A stretch of DNA of 64,000 nt from Giardia intestinalis (lineage: Eukaryota). Both the position numbers and the translations under genes were made by a program. The stretch is taken from the NCBI GenBank assembly GCA_000002435.2, contig CM018789.1; one strand, given 5' to 3'. Below the pieces are notes generated by a model. That model was not told the DNA's origin. It did no database searches and saw only the letters and a program-made list of their open reading frames with translations. Positions 31,901 through 43,500 of this stretch are shown piece by piece (the first letter of the stretch is position 1; the number at the start of each line of letters is the position of its first letter).

Positions 31901-32469
31901 GACTGCAGTGTTGCATCTCTACTCGCCATGTGAGCATTAATGACGTTTGGAGAAGAAAGGTTTTCAGCAGTAGTATTGAGTTCATTGATGGGTGGATTCA
32001 TAGACTTTGGATGGTAGCCATCAATAGTTCCATTATGACCTTCGAATAGCGGGGCTCCAAATGTATCTCTTCTGTTTGAGTGAGAGGTCTGTCCTTTACC
32101 CCTACTTCTGCTCCTGCTTCTGCTTCTACTCCTACCTCTGCTCTTGCTTTTTTCATCTCCATATGCAGCCCCATCCGTCGGGTTGTCCTGATCTCTTATG
32201 TCCAACTGTTCTTCTTGGGCTGGGGTCGATGTGTGAAGGACAAAAGTAGTTTCTGGCGATAGCTCGAGCTCGCTGCCAGTCATGCGGTCCGAAAGGAGCT
32301 GCTTATTCAGGTACAGAGCTTGGCAGTCAACAGGTATTCCTGTAGCCTGAAAAATGCTCTTCTTCAGCATCCGAACTCGAACATTGGGGACGTCCTCTAC
32401 TCTGACAGTAATCTTAAATTTTCTCCGTTCAGCCACGTGCACGATGGTAAACTGGAGCCGATCGCTCAT
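28951..32469 (-). CDS. Kinesin with C-terminal motor domain (kinesin-14-like), N-terminal ubiquitin-like domain and RS-repeat
   Basis: The C-terminal motor has IRVIVRMRP, GYNVCVLAYGCTGSGKTFTLIGD, SSRSHTVFLIEI and LTFADLAGSEN, preceded by a long coiled coil. The N-terminal 80 aa (LQFTIVHVAERRKFKITVRVED...GIPVDCQALYLNKQLL...TTFVLH) has a ubiquitin-like pattern. There is an SRGRSRSRSRSRSRGKG repeat. Confidence 0.8.
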   Translation of the reverse strand: MSDRLQFTIVHVAERRKFKITVRVEDVPNVRVRMLKKSIFQATGIPVDCQALYLNKQLLSDRMTGSELELSPETTFVLHTSTPAQEEQLDIRDQDNPTDGAAYGDEKSKSRGRSRSRSRSRSRGKGQTSHSNRRDTFGAPLFEGHNGTIDGYHPKSMNPPINELNTTAENLSSPNVINAHMASRDATLQSAATRHFTIPTKDCTRSSPRIQRGSTDKRSTTQSIGLCNSSTSSLRDDSVKSIVVKAAGRSSSQQKTCKTSSTRSVIKSSYFEPPVSYPKMQSAKSTKKRSQPQKPQTPQKSPHQSGAVTVSPRKRLSNSNYEPCPPKGESYSPTDSPPLIPATNHYTKTKELTTSRISLTDLHGSDRMYASTQPEFPAKTTKITVPQPSVVDLQLHQSILSASKGGLLEKPELTPHARLADSEMEETTAESKVANDSDYPSFTEDDIELLRQMNDDSRADIQLVENISVQNMTRDHASQKQPHLTEELALVSELQEQVTLIKQEMDTIKRTIASTPTSNAVVDESVLSAHTLQGSKKLCNQFQEAPMSDWSLFKHKYDEELAALKLEVEQLRNARDLARSSSNTATHQPPPTSESHLDTTKATRDTFGTLTTDESIELDVNDVARRSSNTTPTTIRPRQSDGPPRPPSAKVLGITKSQQNSSLLAIQTIKQQIEAERAELTEILQNLEVYSLMDTFFDIEIEIANIEHSNMTQALEESRTSLADIQNKLSYALSKTPTFTPDVRKSAEISLDYGMFQREYTRLQGLMVVENKQRKTLHNTLEEMKGSIRVIVRMRPMLQHEKEELKTSKFRSFNYRNAFIFKDEHTLQLKLPYGVASQENYSFDFYKILDETKTQEDVFHDMSHLLKSVIDGYNVCVLAYGCTGSGKTFTLIGDDSETAVAESVVMSMQKDPEEKNPYERLGLLPRSIVELFNLIEADTSQSQRYELRCAMIEHYLDNILDLLHTEDDTRTQLPSFNSDKLVVRQTAKGETYIQNLSYKTVASAEELVGYLGYGLERRHIAATKLNSLSSRSHTVFLIEITSYRETAKGTRTARSVLTFADLAGSENVTKSHSNGLRLKEAQHINTSLCALGDVIAALSRKKVASYVPYRNNKLTMILQQSLGNNSKTLLFANISPLPNLLYETLSTLSFAARVKNVKNVAVKNLTSIESDQ
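32096..32146. repeat. Simple CT-rich trinucleotide-like repeat encoding an Arg-Ser repeat within the kinesin gene
   Basis: cctacttctgctcctgcttctgcttctactcctacctctgctcttgc on the + strand; encodes (SR)n on the minus strand. Confidence 0.5.
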
Positions 32470-32612
32470 CAGATTTCTTCTACTTGAAATTTTACTGGTC
32501 CTAATTTAGCATGCGTTGACTCGACAATGTGGCTTATAGCGAAGCAATTTACATAAACGACAATGTAAGGAAAGCATGGTTCTCAGCAGTTGCCAAGGTT
32601 TGCGAAAGCTTG

Positions 32613-32912
32613 CTAAGACGCCTTAAAGACAACAACCCCGGTCATTCCATAGGCCATAGCCAGCTTGTGCCCAACAACAGTGTCTATCGAGTATCCAAAG
32701 GAGTTACCGACGCATACATGAAAGTACTGGCCAAACTTCCGGTCGAGGCTCTCCTTTATGAACCGCGCGGCCTGCTCTGGGTCACTGGGGAACTTCTCAA
32801 CGGCAGTTACAATGGTTTCCGTTGCTTCGGCCCGTTCCTCCTCGTTCATATCGCATTCCACGACAAGTGGATAGTTAATGGAGCTCAAGAAATTGTCCTC
32901 GTCGTCACTCAT
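32613..32912 (-). CDS. Dynein light chain LC8-type
   Basis: 99 aa from the ATG at 32912; FIKESLDRKFGQYFHVCVGNSFGYSIDTVVGHKLAMAYGMTGVVVFKAS matches the LC8 core ([27 protein letters not shown]...). The track's longer N-terminal extension (to 33125) is not protein-like. Confidence 0.75.
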   Translation of the reverse strand: MSDDEDNFLSSINYPLVVECDMNEEERAEATETIVTAVEKFPSDPEQAARFIKESLDRKFGQYFHVCVGNSFGYSIDTVVGHKLAMAYGMTGVVVFKAS

Positions 32913-32960
32913 TTGTAGCAGATTTTTTAGGAATTTTTGTCTCAGTACAATAAAAAGGAG
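32913..32960. promoter_or_regulatory. Short AT-rich bidirectional intergenic region between the divergent LC8 and LRR genes (putative Giardia-type initiators)
   Basis: 48 bp (tttgtagcagattttttaggaatttttgtctcagtacaataaaaaggag) between the ATG at 32912 (-) and the ATG at 32961 (+). Similar divergent gaps occur at 27598..27658 (61 bp) and 55284..55324 (41 bp). Confidence 0.45.
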
Positions 32961-34370
32961 ATGTTGGAAAGCGATAAGCGATTTTGCCCGCCCAATGGAC
33001 GCGCAGGGTTGGATAAGAATCAAAAGTTCATCATTACGAGAGTCCAACGAGACTCTGAGGCCGATGAGAACGCTTTCAAAGAAGGGGTAGCCGCCTATTT
33101 GAGGAATCTTCATCTTTTCGGTCAATGGGGCAACCCTAGGTATACTGCTGGAAAGGCTATCATTCCCTGCACGGACCTATTCGTGCAGAAAGTTAACACA
33201 CCAAGCGCCAAGGAAGAGCTGTCAAGAGCCCTCTGTTGCCAAATCGACTTTTCCGTTCAGCGAATTACTAAGTTAGAGTTTCTACCAGAAGTCCGTGAAC
33301 AACTAGAGCGATTCTTTGAAGCAAAGACCTGGTCTGACACTGCAAGCAACAAAAAGTGCCTGAATCTATCGTCCATTGTGGAATCCTACAAGCAATGGAT
33401 GAATATACAGCAGAAGTGCTCTAATGGCGAAGAACCACGAGACTCATTCACAGATGCCCAAGAACCTGAGCTATCCTTTGACAACATGCGTTTGGTGAAC
33501 GTGCTTACCGACTACTTAAGGGAGAATGAAATAAATGTACTAATACTGTCCAACAATAACCTGACCGATTTGAAACGCCTAACTTGCCCGACTGGATTGA
33601 AGAATGCAACAACCTTGACAAAGCTGGTGCTCACAAGTAACAATATTACCTCTTTGGAAGCACTGAAATGCCTCACATACATTAAGCAGTTGGAAACTAT
33701 TGTATTAACAGACAATCCTGTCGTCAATGATCCTGATTTCGTAAGCACACGAGATGCTCTCAAGCTCACTTGCGTCACCCAGCCCCCGCTTCCCCAGCAC
33801 TTGCCAGACGCCAAGAGCTACAGGTCCTTTAAATATCTACATGACAACATATGCATGGCTATTACGAACGGCGATACAGACATGCTTGCTGCTCCCTACA
33901 CCCTGGGTTTAGATGGCTTTGGATTTCAGCCCCCTGCGGTCTCCATCATTTACCACGTAGTAGACATGGGCGACAGGCGTGTTCCTATTCACTGTGCTGC
34001 GAACAAATATCTGCAAACAATCCACAGATTGCTTGAGGATAGGGTGTTATTTATAGATGGTAGGGCTAATATTCTTGGCACCTCTACCAGTGTCATCCAC
34101 AACCCCTACTACACTATTGAAGCCAGCAGGGTCCTACCTAACCTGGTGCGTACAACTTACATCTGTACGGGCAATGCGACCCTTCGCAAGCGTAAGCCCA
34201 GTGCAGAGACCAAAGAAATTCTGTTATCGTATGTCAGAACCCTCACCCTGATTACTCCCTGTGTCTGGGACGGATCCCTGAAGACGACCTTTGAGAAGAA
34301 TAACACTAAAGACTTTACTGGTAGAATTATTGCCGATGTGGCGCAGTTCAAGCTGTCTGAGGGCATGTGA
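32961..34370 (+). CDS. Leucine-rich-repeat protein with C-terminal NTF2-like region (possible NXF/TAP-like export factor)
   Basis: LRRs (LILSNNNLTDLKRLTCPTGLKNATTLTKLVLTSNNITSLEALKCLTYIKQLETIVLTDNPVV), then a roughly 180-aa C-terminal domain that looks NTF2-like. First ATG at 32961 (the track start at 32937 is TTG). The family assignment is tentative. Confidence 0.55.
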   Translation: MLESDKRFCPPNGRAGLDKNQKFIITRVQRDSEADENAFKEGVAAYLRNLHLFGQWGNPRYTAGKAIIPCTDLFVQKVNTPSAKEELSRALCCQIDFSVQRITKLEFLPEVREQLERFFEAKTWSDTASNKKCLNLSSIVESYKQWMNIQQKCSNGEEPRDSFTDAQEPELSFDNMRLVNVLTDYLRENEINVLILSNNNLTDLKRLTCPTGLKNATTLTKLVLTSNNITSLEALKCLTYIKQLETIVLTDNPVVNDPDFVSTRDALKLTCVTQPPLPQHLPDAKSYRSFKYLHDNICMAITNGDTDMLAAPYTLGLDGFGFQPPAVSIIYHVVDMGDRRVPIHCAANKYLQTIHRLLEDRVLFIDGRANILGTSTSVIHNPYYTIEASRVLPNLVRTTYICTGNATLRKRKPSAETKEILLSYVRTLTLITPCVWDGSLKTTFEKNNTKDFTGRIIADVAQFKLSEGM

Positions 34371-34773
34371 TGTCTGTGCCTCTTTAGAGAACTCGCACAT
34401 TACCAGCACACCTATAAGCTGTGCCCTGACCCAGTTTTGTACAGAAAAATGGGCACCACGTCGTCTCTACTTACCGAATACGGTGTGGACTCCCGAGCGT
34501 CGAAAGGACGTACAGTTTTCTTAGAGGTAGGAACAGATGGGTCTCAGTATGACCCAAAGCCTTCACAATACATAATCGAAGTAGCCACTGCTAAGGCGCA
34601 CTACTCTAGCGTCTACTCCCCAGAGCTAGCGAATGCATGACAAGGGTGTAGTATTTGCTTAACCCATAAGCATGGCATTAACGAATGCGCGCCTGGGCTT
34701 CACCAAAGTTTTTGAGATTTTGAGACCTGTAAACAGTGGCCCCAATGATTAGTAAAGCACAGTATGCTCCTTA

Positions 34774-37545
34774 CTACGAGCACTCATCTAACAGGTCGCT
34801 CAGTAGTTGATTTTCCTCGTGGAAGTCAGGTTTTAGAGGTCCTTCAACACCACTGCCGGTATCTCCTCCCTGCAAAATTCCGTCAACAAAGTTATCAATG
34901 TCCTTCTGGGATGGTGCTATGAGCTCTCTTGCGGCATCTGTTAGCTGCCCCTTGACCCCTGCCTTTCCTGCATTAATCTTACTTTGCGCAGTCGCTGCTG
35001 AATTTGCTTTGAGCGCTTCCATCATTTGATGCTGTTGAACAACCATTTCTTTATATTTCTGAAGCTTTCTCATTTTGGCTAATAAAGCCACGTGTTCCTT
35101 CTTTAGAGTGACCAATGCTGTCTTTTGAGATATATAGGCATTTCTTAATTCAAGAATACCTGCTTTAGCTTGATTCAGGATGGTTTTCAGACGCATAAAT
35201 TTAGAACTAGCCTCTTCCTTTTCCTTTTTAGCGCTAGCCAACTCTTTTGTTAGCTCTTCAAGACGGATAACCATGCCTTCGCTTGTGGCTTGGCACTGAT
35301 TCAGCAGAGTCGTTGTGCTCTCTACTCGCGCTGTCTCTAAAGCTAGCTGCTGTGTTAAACTTTCTACCCGCCTGGAGAGTGTGTGACACTCTTCGATAGG
35401 TACATAGTGCTTATCAAGAGTGTCACGGAAGCCTTCTATCTCTGTGCGATATTTATCTGCTTGGGATCTCACCAGTGATACGTCCTCGGCTAATAGTCCC
35501 ATTGTATTCAGTGTCTTCATGACAGACGCCTCGTAAGAGTGTCTGTACGCTTGATCCAGATCACTCACGAGTTGAAGGAGTCGATTTCTGGGAGCATCTG
35601 TAGCCAGGTCCTGAAAGCTGATTATTCCCTGCTTAATATCGTGTAAAGCACCATAGAGAGAAGAGGCTGCATTAGCCTCTAAAGCCTCATCAATATCCTG
35701 CTTCTTTTCTGCGAGGAACACTGCAGGCTCCTGCATCTTCTCCAACTCACTTTCTATCTGCTTTAAGATATCATCTACGGAGGCGAGTGAAAGGATGCTT
35801 AAAGTGTTGATTGGCCGATATAGCACTGAGCCATCAGTCTGGACATAGCACGCTTTCTCCGGATAAAAGCAAGAGGCAACTTCCTCTAAATCTAAATCCA
35901 AGCAAGTATACGAATCAGTCGTCTCGAAATTATAGGTGTCTAACTTGTCTATGTCTTCAAATACAACCTCCATGTCATTAATGGTTGCTACTCTTGCTGT
36001 TATTGGTGTCGCGCCCTTATCTGCCATTGCGTTTGAAGACATCGAAGACCTAGCCTCTGGCCACAAAGCTACGTCTTGAGGACACCTAAAGATGCTTTGA
36101 GATAAATTAGATAATGAATGAGCAGGCATAGGACTGGTGTTTGCTACGCGTGTGCTGACTGGAACTGCTGGTGTTCTTTCTGTAAAGGTTGCACTGAGAG
36201 ATAGGGGCGACAAGGCAATACTTTGTAGGCAGTGCTCGCTGCCAGATGATGAGAATGCTAGTTTCTTTAGCTCTGGCTCAGTTAGCTCTGTGCCAGATAA
36301 CCTATGTGCCCCACTCTCTGCAGTTAAATATTCTAACGACCCTGCATTTGCCTCAAGACTTCTGCATCGCTCTTCTAGCTCTCTGACTCTGATTGCAAGC
36401 TGCTGCCGTTCTGTTTCTAGACGAATCATTGCATTGTTTTCTGCTAAGACTTCATTGGAGTGGACCCTCATCTCTATGGAGGATGCGTTGCTGGCGTACC
36501 TGAGTGTGCTTAGTGTTTCCTCTATGTGTTCGCTTGCCAAGCTTATGCATGCTATCATTGTTGTGTAGCAGTTTCCCTGGAGGCTAGTTTGTAAGATTTT
36601 AGTTAGATTGGAATCACGGTAGGGAACGTGAGCGGCATTCGATGTGATAGCAGAAAAAACACGCCCCAGAGTCAGTAAGCTCTTATTAATATTATTTGCT
36701 TCTTTGAAGCGCTCTCCAATTGCATTTGTTTTTACCTGGCGCTCCGATCCAGCAAGATCTACTATGGTAAGTGTTGCAGTTCTATAGGAGATGTCGTAGT
36801 CGCTTAGCTTTTCAATGCTGTCAGGTGGAGGAAGCTTGTTTGCCTTGACTAGCTCATCAAGGAGAGCTGTATCAACCGACTCTATGGTAAGCCGTGCAAT
36901 AGCATGCGATCTTGATGAAACTGTGTTCAGATCTGTGGCAGCAACTTCACGAAGCCGGTTCCCGAACCGTAGGTAGGACAACACGTCCTCCAGGGAACCA
37001 ACTCGCTTTTCCACGCATGAAACTTGCATAGAATGCTTTGTATACCTGATCTCCAACCTATGCTTCTCACCCGCAAGGAGATCCTTGAGTTCTTCATTAT
37101 ATAACTCCCAGTACGTAAAGTAAACAACAAAAAATCGATTGGTAACGGATTGTAAGTTGTTGAAGAGATCTTTCACACACAGTGGCAAAATCCCGGGGCA
37201 GGTGTGTTCTAGAGATGAAGTTGACGAAGAATTAGCCTCCAAACAGTCGCCGAAGATAGTGAATGTCTTTCCTGAGCAGCTCTGACCGTATGCAAAGCAC
37301 GTACAGTTATACCCTTCTACAATGTGAGCCGCAAAATTGGCCATTGTCTGTGCATAGAGCTCACGCGTTGTCACACTGGGATCGTAGACACCATCAAAGC
37401 TAAAGCGCTGAAGCGACGCGCCCTGGTGTTTGGAAGTTTCTAAAGGTGATATCGTATTGTCGGAAACAATCCAGGCAGGCTTTTGCTCTGAGGATACCAG
37501 TGGGCGGACCCTGACTAGTACTGATATCTTGTTGGTAATCTCCAT
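34774..37545 (-). CDS. Kinesin with N-terminal motor domain and long coiled-coil tail
   Basis: ISVLVRVRPLVSSEQKP, GYNCTCFAYGQSCSGKTFTIFGD, SSRSHAIARLTIE and LTIVDLAGSER; the ATG at 37545 gives MEITNKISVLVRVRP. Confidence 0.8.
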   Translation of the reverse strand: MEITNKISVLVRVRPLVSSEQKPAWIVSDNTISPLETSKHQGASLQRFSFDGVYDPSVTTRELYAQTMANFAAHIVEGYNCTCFAYGQSCSGKTFTIFGDCLEANSSSTSSLEHTCPGILPLCVKDLFNNLQSVTNRFFVVYFTYWELYNEELKDLLAGEKHRLEIRYTKHSMQVSCVEKRVGSLEDVLSYLRFGNRLREVAATDLNTVSSRSHAIARLTIESVDTALLDELVKANKLPPPDSIEKLSDYDISYRTATLTIVDLAGSERQVKTNAIGERFKEANNINKSLLTLGRVFSAITSNAAHVPYRDSNLTKILQTSLQGNCYTTMIACISLASEHIEETLSTLRYASNASSIEMRVHSNEVLAENNAMIRLETERQQLAIRVRELEERCRSLEANAGSLEYLTAESGAHRLSGTELTEPELKKLAFSSSGSEHCLQSIALSPLSLSATFTERTPAVPVSTRVANTSPMPAHSLSNLSQSIFRCPQDVALWPEARSSMSSNAMADKGATPITARVATINDMEVVFEDIDKLDTYNFETTDSYTCLDLDLEEVASCFYPEKACYVQTDGSVLYRPINTLSILSLASVDDILKQIESELEKMQEPAVFLAEKKQDIDEALEANAASSLYGALHDIKQGIISFQDLATDAPRNRLLQLVSDLDQAYRHSYEASVMKTLNTMGLLAEDVSLVRSQADKYRTEIEGFRDTLDKHYVPIEECHTLSRRVESLTQQLALETARVESTTTLLNQCQATSEGMVIRLEELTKELASAKKEKEEASSKFMRLKTILNQAKAGILELRNAYISQKTALVTLKKEHVALLAKMRKLQKYKEMVVQQHQMMEALKANSAATAQSKINAGKAGVKGQLTDAARELIAPSQKDIDNFVDGILQGGDTGSGVEGPLKPDFHEENQLLSDLLDECS

Positions 37546-37598
37546 TGGCAATGGGAGGAAGGGTGTTGAAGCCTTCTGTCTGGCTTTTTAATTTCAAT

Positions 37599-40500
37599 TC
37601 ATCCAGATCCCTTGGAAAGTAGATTTGTAGAGTAAAGTCCCAGGTAAAGCCTTCGTTCAGCAGGCGAAAGACATCTGAAGTTGAAGCGTGGGATTGAAAA
37701 AGGTAAATCAGGATTTTCATAAACAGTTGAAAAATTAATATGAGGTTCTGATGGCCGGGTATCAATTATGTTGATGTCTTTATACAAGCAATTGGCTATT
37801 AGAAAATCCAGATGCTTGCAAATGGCTACATACTTTGTGATGAAATTGCACCACATGATGGCATAATTGTTGAAAATAAAGGGATACCCATTTCCTCTGA
37901 AAAGATTTAATTTTCTAATGAAGGTTGCAAAATCCCCGTTTGAATACTGAGGAACTTCCAGTGCTTGTATCTTCATAACCCTTGTTATCATTCGCATTCC
38001 TCGGATTTTATATTTTGACAGATCCGCACGTGCTCTAATCAACTGTTGGAAGGCTTCTATCGGCTTCTCTGTCATATATATGTCGTTTAACAGTTCTACA
38101 AACAGATCCAACATCATATTGGCTCCCTCTAACTCTTTCTGTGCTAGACCATATATTTGATCGGATTGTGATAGTGTAGAATTGGGTTGAATGTCTGATA
38201 AATCAAAAGTATATACGGAGCTAAAGATGTCATAGATTGTAATAGAGGCCAGTGGTTCCATTTTCCTTGCTTCAGCTAATAACAGATTGCGCTGTGTATG
38301 TGCTTGTAAGACTAGGTGGGGCGCCGGATGCTCTACCTGCTTGTCTGGTTTTTCTAGAGATGTTCTACCTAGAAGACGAAGCCTGTTATAGCTTTCTATA
38401 TATCTATCACTCCTATCTATCTCTTCCTGAGGTACTACTGAATTAGCGACATATAAGCTAGAAGTAATGGGAAGTGACTCCACAGGTTCAGTTGTAAGAC
38501 GGTCACCATCGTCAGTGTTCACAAGAATCTCACTTGGGGCAGAGGACGGTGGGACTTCGGCGTGCTTTGGCACAGTCTCATTTGTCAGTATTGGGTCGGA
38601 ACTTGATCGATGTACAGGCAAGACACCAGCAGGAGGGCCTGGTAAATTGATCAAGTGCACTCTCCGGCTGCTCGTTGATGGTGGGGGTACTCTTGGTGGA
38701 GGTGGGGGTAGCAATCCTATAGTTGTCACACCTGCAGTACTTTGTGGACCGCTAAGGCTATTAGGTGCATGCATCACATTCCTTAATGGGCTAATTTTCC
38801 TTTCTGATGACAATCTATGGAGAATATTTCCTTTGACAGAAAGACTGGATTGGGATTCAGAATCGGACTCATTTAGATCCTCAGATTGCAACAAACTATA
38901 ATCCGGTAAAAACTGATATGCAGGGGTATCTGTAATAGTTGAGGAGTCAGAGCTGAGATCTAATATCTGGAGACTAGAACGCTGGGAAGCATCTATCTTC
39001 TGTAATCCTTTATCAAAGTGCTGTGCTTCGACTACGCTTTGCACTCCTGTTGTGGCAACAGCCGAATGTTCCTTCATGCACAAATTCACACCTATGAGCG
39101 TGGCGGAGCTTTCGGCTGTAGATTCAGTTGCCATCCTAAGGCTTTCAGAACTGCTAGAACTGGTCAGCACGTTCCCAGGCCTCTCATCTACAGCATGACT
39201 AGAAGACGCCAATATTCGAGAATGCCTAGGAAGCTTTTCTAGTAATTTCAGTGACTCCCGCAATGGTGAGTTGTTCGCATGCTCTGTTTGCGTCAGTGGA
39301 CTAGACCTTACTTGCATAGATAGTGTATGCTGTTTGGATTCATTACAACCATACATTTGACGAAACTGCCTGTATCGCTCTAAAACATTGTTCTTCTCTA
39401 ATGTAGATTCATTGTATTGGTACTTTGTACCTTCACGTGAGTCCTTTTGATGATATAACAGCCTTCTCAATTGAGATGTGTTGTGGACTTGTGCATTATT
39501 AAGTCGTTGTATTGAAGATTGGAAAGCGGCATCTTGTGCATACTCTGGGATGGGGCTGGACGCTATTGAAGCTGTACACAACTGCGCAGGAAAGACTGGC
39601 TGCAATGTTTTCTTATTGTCTGGGTTGAGCCGTTTGTGTATGCCACTCAAATTAAGTGCTTTGAAATCTATTTCTGCTTCCCCTACTCCATGGTCCGGTG
39701 GCAAGTTACGCTTAGGTGAGCCGCGAAAAGGTTGTTGTGATACTTTACTATCAGCAGTACATGGCTTAGTACTAGTGTCCACCATTTGGTCGGCCCGAGG
39801 AAGCTCTACCTTAACCAAATTATTTAGTTGCTCACGTAAAGGATTCAGTAGTAGTGGGGGATCAGAAGTAAGCTCGCTTGGGGATGTCTTGCTATCACAC
39901 TTTCTGGATATCTCACGTTGGGAAAACAAGAGAGATCCAATGGATGCTAATACAGACGGATTTTCGGCCTCCTTTGTATCATTACATACGTTCTCAAAGA
40001 AATATGGGTTGGTATCAGCGATGTAACTGGTCTCAACATTAACTGGCGATGGCATATTGGGCATAGACAGCTTATCTTGCCTGTACCTGTATGCCTTATA
40101 AGGGCTCTGGCTCCTAGGTGGAATATTAGTTCGTGGCTTCCGCGGCAGATCAACTGAGGGATCAGGGCTAAGCACGTGGAGATCTCGCTGAATTTGCATT
40201 GTGGTTTCACTAAAATCTTCAATAGCATATGGTTGCGCTATTGAAGATTCATAGGACTTTGAAATAGGAGGATTGATTTGCTGCATATAATCAAGTTCCT
40301 TCTCAATATTAACAACAACTGTCAAGGTATCCAGCTCTGTATCGCTACTAGAACTGAAGAGGTCGTGCTTTTGTGAGGATGGTATGTTCTCCTTCTTCCA
40401 AAGGTTCTCCAGGGAGCTCAGCATCTGCTGTACTTGGCGATCCTTATGCAGCCTATGCCCTCCAGCGTTAGCTATATTGCGTACTGCTTTTAGTCTTGCC

Positions 40501-43500
40501 TTCTTTGGCTTGCTTACTTCCGGCTCGCTCATAGCATTTGATCGATAATCCTCCAATCGATAGAGCTCCATAACTTCATTAGTTGAGAACAACTCTTTCG
40601 AGGATCTTTCCTTTGATGATGGTCGTTGGCTTAGTGGAGGTAATGCTCGTCTCTTTCTGCTTTTGCAGAAACAGTCCGACATATCAACCAACTCTCCTAC
40701 TGTACCAGCCTCCTGTTGTAACTTATCACTCGGCACAGTAATGCTAGAGATGCCCAGCATGTCGTCTGGATTGAATTCGTAATCGGAGCACTCTTCAGAA
40801 CCATGCATCTTACGAGATTTTTTAGGTACTAGAACAACCTTACGTCCACCTCGCCGCATCCTCCGTGCAATCATTCGAACTGTGGTCGAGTGGGAGTCAT
40901 CACCATCGCTTCTTGTATCCTTATCTTTAGATGCTTCCATAAGCAGCCCCGTATGACTAACTTGGCTATTGTTTAGAGAAATCGACCTATGAGAAATATC
41001 CGGAGATTCCTTGGGTAGAGTTGATTGCTGGAGGATACCTGGAGTTACCAGTGTTGGCAAACCCGAGTTATAGTATTTCATGTTAGACGCAGCATCTACC
41101 TTGCGCTCATCAGTTGGAAATCTGGTAAAGACTGATCCTTTTAGTCCTTTTGGAGCTAATCCTTGAGAATAGATCACGTTCATAGATCCTTCAGCATGCT
41201 GTTGTAGCGAGCTATCGGTATTTTTAAGTGTTGTTGAGCTTTGACTGCGTCCAGAGGTGGCACAGGATGCTATAGAAGAAACAGAAGCAGAATAGATATC
41301 TTGAACTGAAAAGCGAGGAGTGCTCATTTCTGTGTCCCGTAACTGCATGGGACGCCTAAGTGCCCTGGTGGGAGACGGACTAGCAGAAAGAGCCTTTTCA
41401 AAAAGCAGTTGCTTTTGACGAAGCTTCATTTCAACAGCAATAGTAAGCTCTGATAAAGCTCGATGTGTAGAAGATACCTTTCCTAGGTTCAAAGATGTCT
41501 TCTTTAAAAGAGTCTTTTTATCTTTGACAACCTTCTTAAGTCGTTGCACAGAGGATTGTATCCTTGAAAGGTATAGTTGTGTATATTGATACAAGGGCAA
41601 GAGGGAATCCATGATAGCTTTTATTGCCTCTATATGGTCCACATATAGCAGCTCAGAATGGGACTTAGAAAAGCTGAATACGAACTTTCGCATATCGTGC
41701 CCATATCGCTTAATATATTCATATTCTACTTCCTGGTTGGTTATCTTTATAGCCTCACTCCCATGGCGACTCTGACGGGACGCCCTTGCTAAGGCGTAGA
41801 GGTCCTTCTTGATGGCAGATTTTAGTTGCGCTATCTTGTGTTGAACTCTTAGCTGAGCACTATGTTGTGCTATGATATCTGCTATATCATTGTAGAAGAA
41901 CTCGGACTGGTCTAAAATATGTTGCAATTCATCAATGGCAAGAAGAAGATCCGGTTGGATCATGTAGATGGAATTGTATGTCAATTCTGCATAGCCTAAT
42001 GTAACCTCCTCCTCACTTTCAACCTCGGTAGTATGCGTATGAGAAAGAGCAGATCCAATGAGTCTCGGAGATGATATGCCTTCACTAATCACATTCTGTG
42101 TTCCAGAGCCGAGTATAACAACCATGCCCTTTTGCTTTTCTAGAGCCATATACACCTCTGGTGGAAAAGAAATTACGGTAGAATTTGGCCGGCGAAACCC
42201 TAAGTATGATCTTGCATCAATCAGATCTTGATGGAGGTGCTTTGGAAGCTGCTTGATAAGATATTGACGATATGGATCAATGGTCAAGGCAGTTGCTAAT
42301 GACTCTGTAATGACTTCACATAGGGATTTGTTGATAGATGATTCTAATAATGATCCTTGTGATTCCTCCATCAAATGTCTCGGTGTATTCTTACGTGTAT
42401 TAGTGCGAGGCGATGGCAACATGCGGGTGATTTTACCATCAGAAGCTCCACTCTCATAGTCGGCCTTTCCGCGAAGAAGAGATGTGAAGCTAGAGCAGCT
42501 TTTATTATCTATCGGATTGGTTTCCTCAAAGCTCCCAGTAACACTCTCCTGGTTCTGATGTCCATATGTAGAGACTGACTCTATAAAATCTGTGCAGACA
42601 TTAGCGATGGTATCCAATTCATAACTGGGGTTGCGCTGTAATTCCACAGGTTTGCGCTTCCGGGTATCCATCTTCTCCTTCGCAAGCAGGCCAGCTGCCA
42701 AGTCTCTCATGGCGCTGTACATATCAGTATAGCTGGTATCTGTAGTTGATATAGAGGACGGCTTGGACTGCCTTCCAGAACTAAATACAGTAACATCTGT
42801 TAACATAGGATTAAAGCGCTTTTGGGAGAGTCTGGCGGTACACCCTAAGATGTCTTGCTTCAGTACTTCCAAAAGAGAGCACAGCCGAAGGTCGGCAGTG
42901 ACTGCCAAGAAACGATCGTGGATTGCATGATCCTGCTGTACATGTAGTTCATCAAGATTGTTCTGGTATTGTGCCCGAAGAAGGTCGATCAAACTGGTAA
43001 AAAAGGTTGTGAGGTTATGCTCCTGCCCTTTGTCCTGTAGATTGATGTCCTTTATATCAGAAATCAGGCTATCTGAACATACTCGTCTTTGCTCCAGTAA
43101 GGACCGTAGCACTTTGCGCAGTGCATTAGTATCGTTATTTGTTAGGGCTTTGGTCAATTCCTCGGTCATATCTTCCGGTATGTGAGGAAGGTCTGCAGCG
43201 TGCTTTATAGATCTATACTTCTCATTTTTCTGCTTGATTATGCCATGAACTTTATTAAGCATGAGGTCCCCTTGCTGCTGAAGCAAATGTATTTGGTTAT
43301 CTGTGTACGATAATGTTCCCAACTGCTGCTCACGGTACTCCTTAATGATGTCTGATTCGCCCTCCATAACCTTCGGCTTCTCGTCTATATAATTTTGTAA
43401 TGTGTCCATATCCCTTGAGGCTATGATATCGAAATCTGCAAGTATCTTACGCAACCTGTTTGCCTCACTGGACTCTATCTTGACCACTTTTTGAACTGAC

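Noticed and set aside
37400-37765. 121-aa ORF bridging the kinesin 5' end and the giant ORF 3' end
   Set aside because: It overlaps two strongly supported genes in other frames, and the intergenic gap is only about 50 bp.
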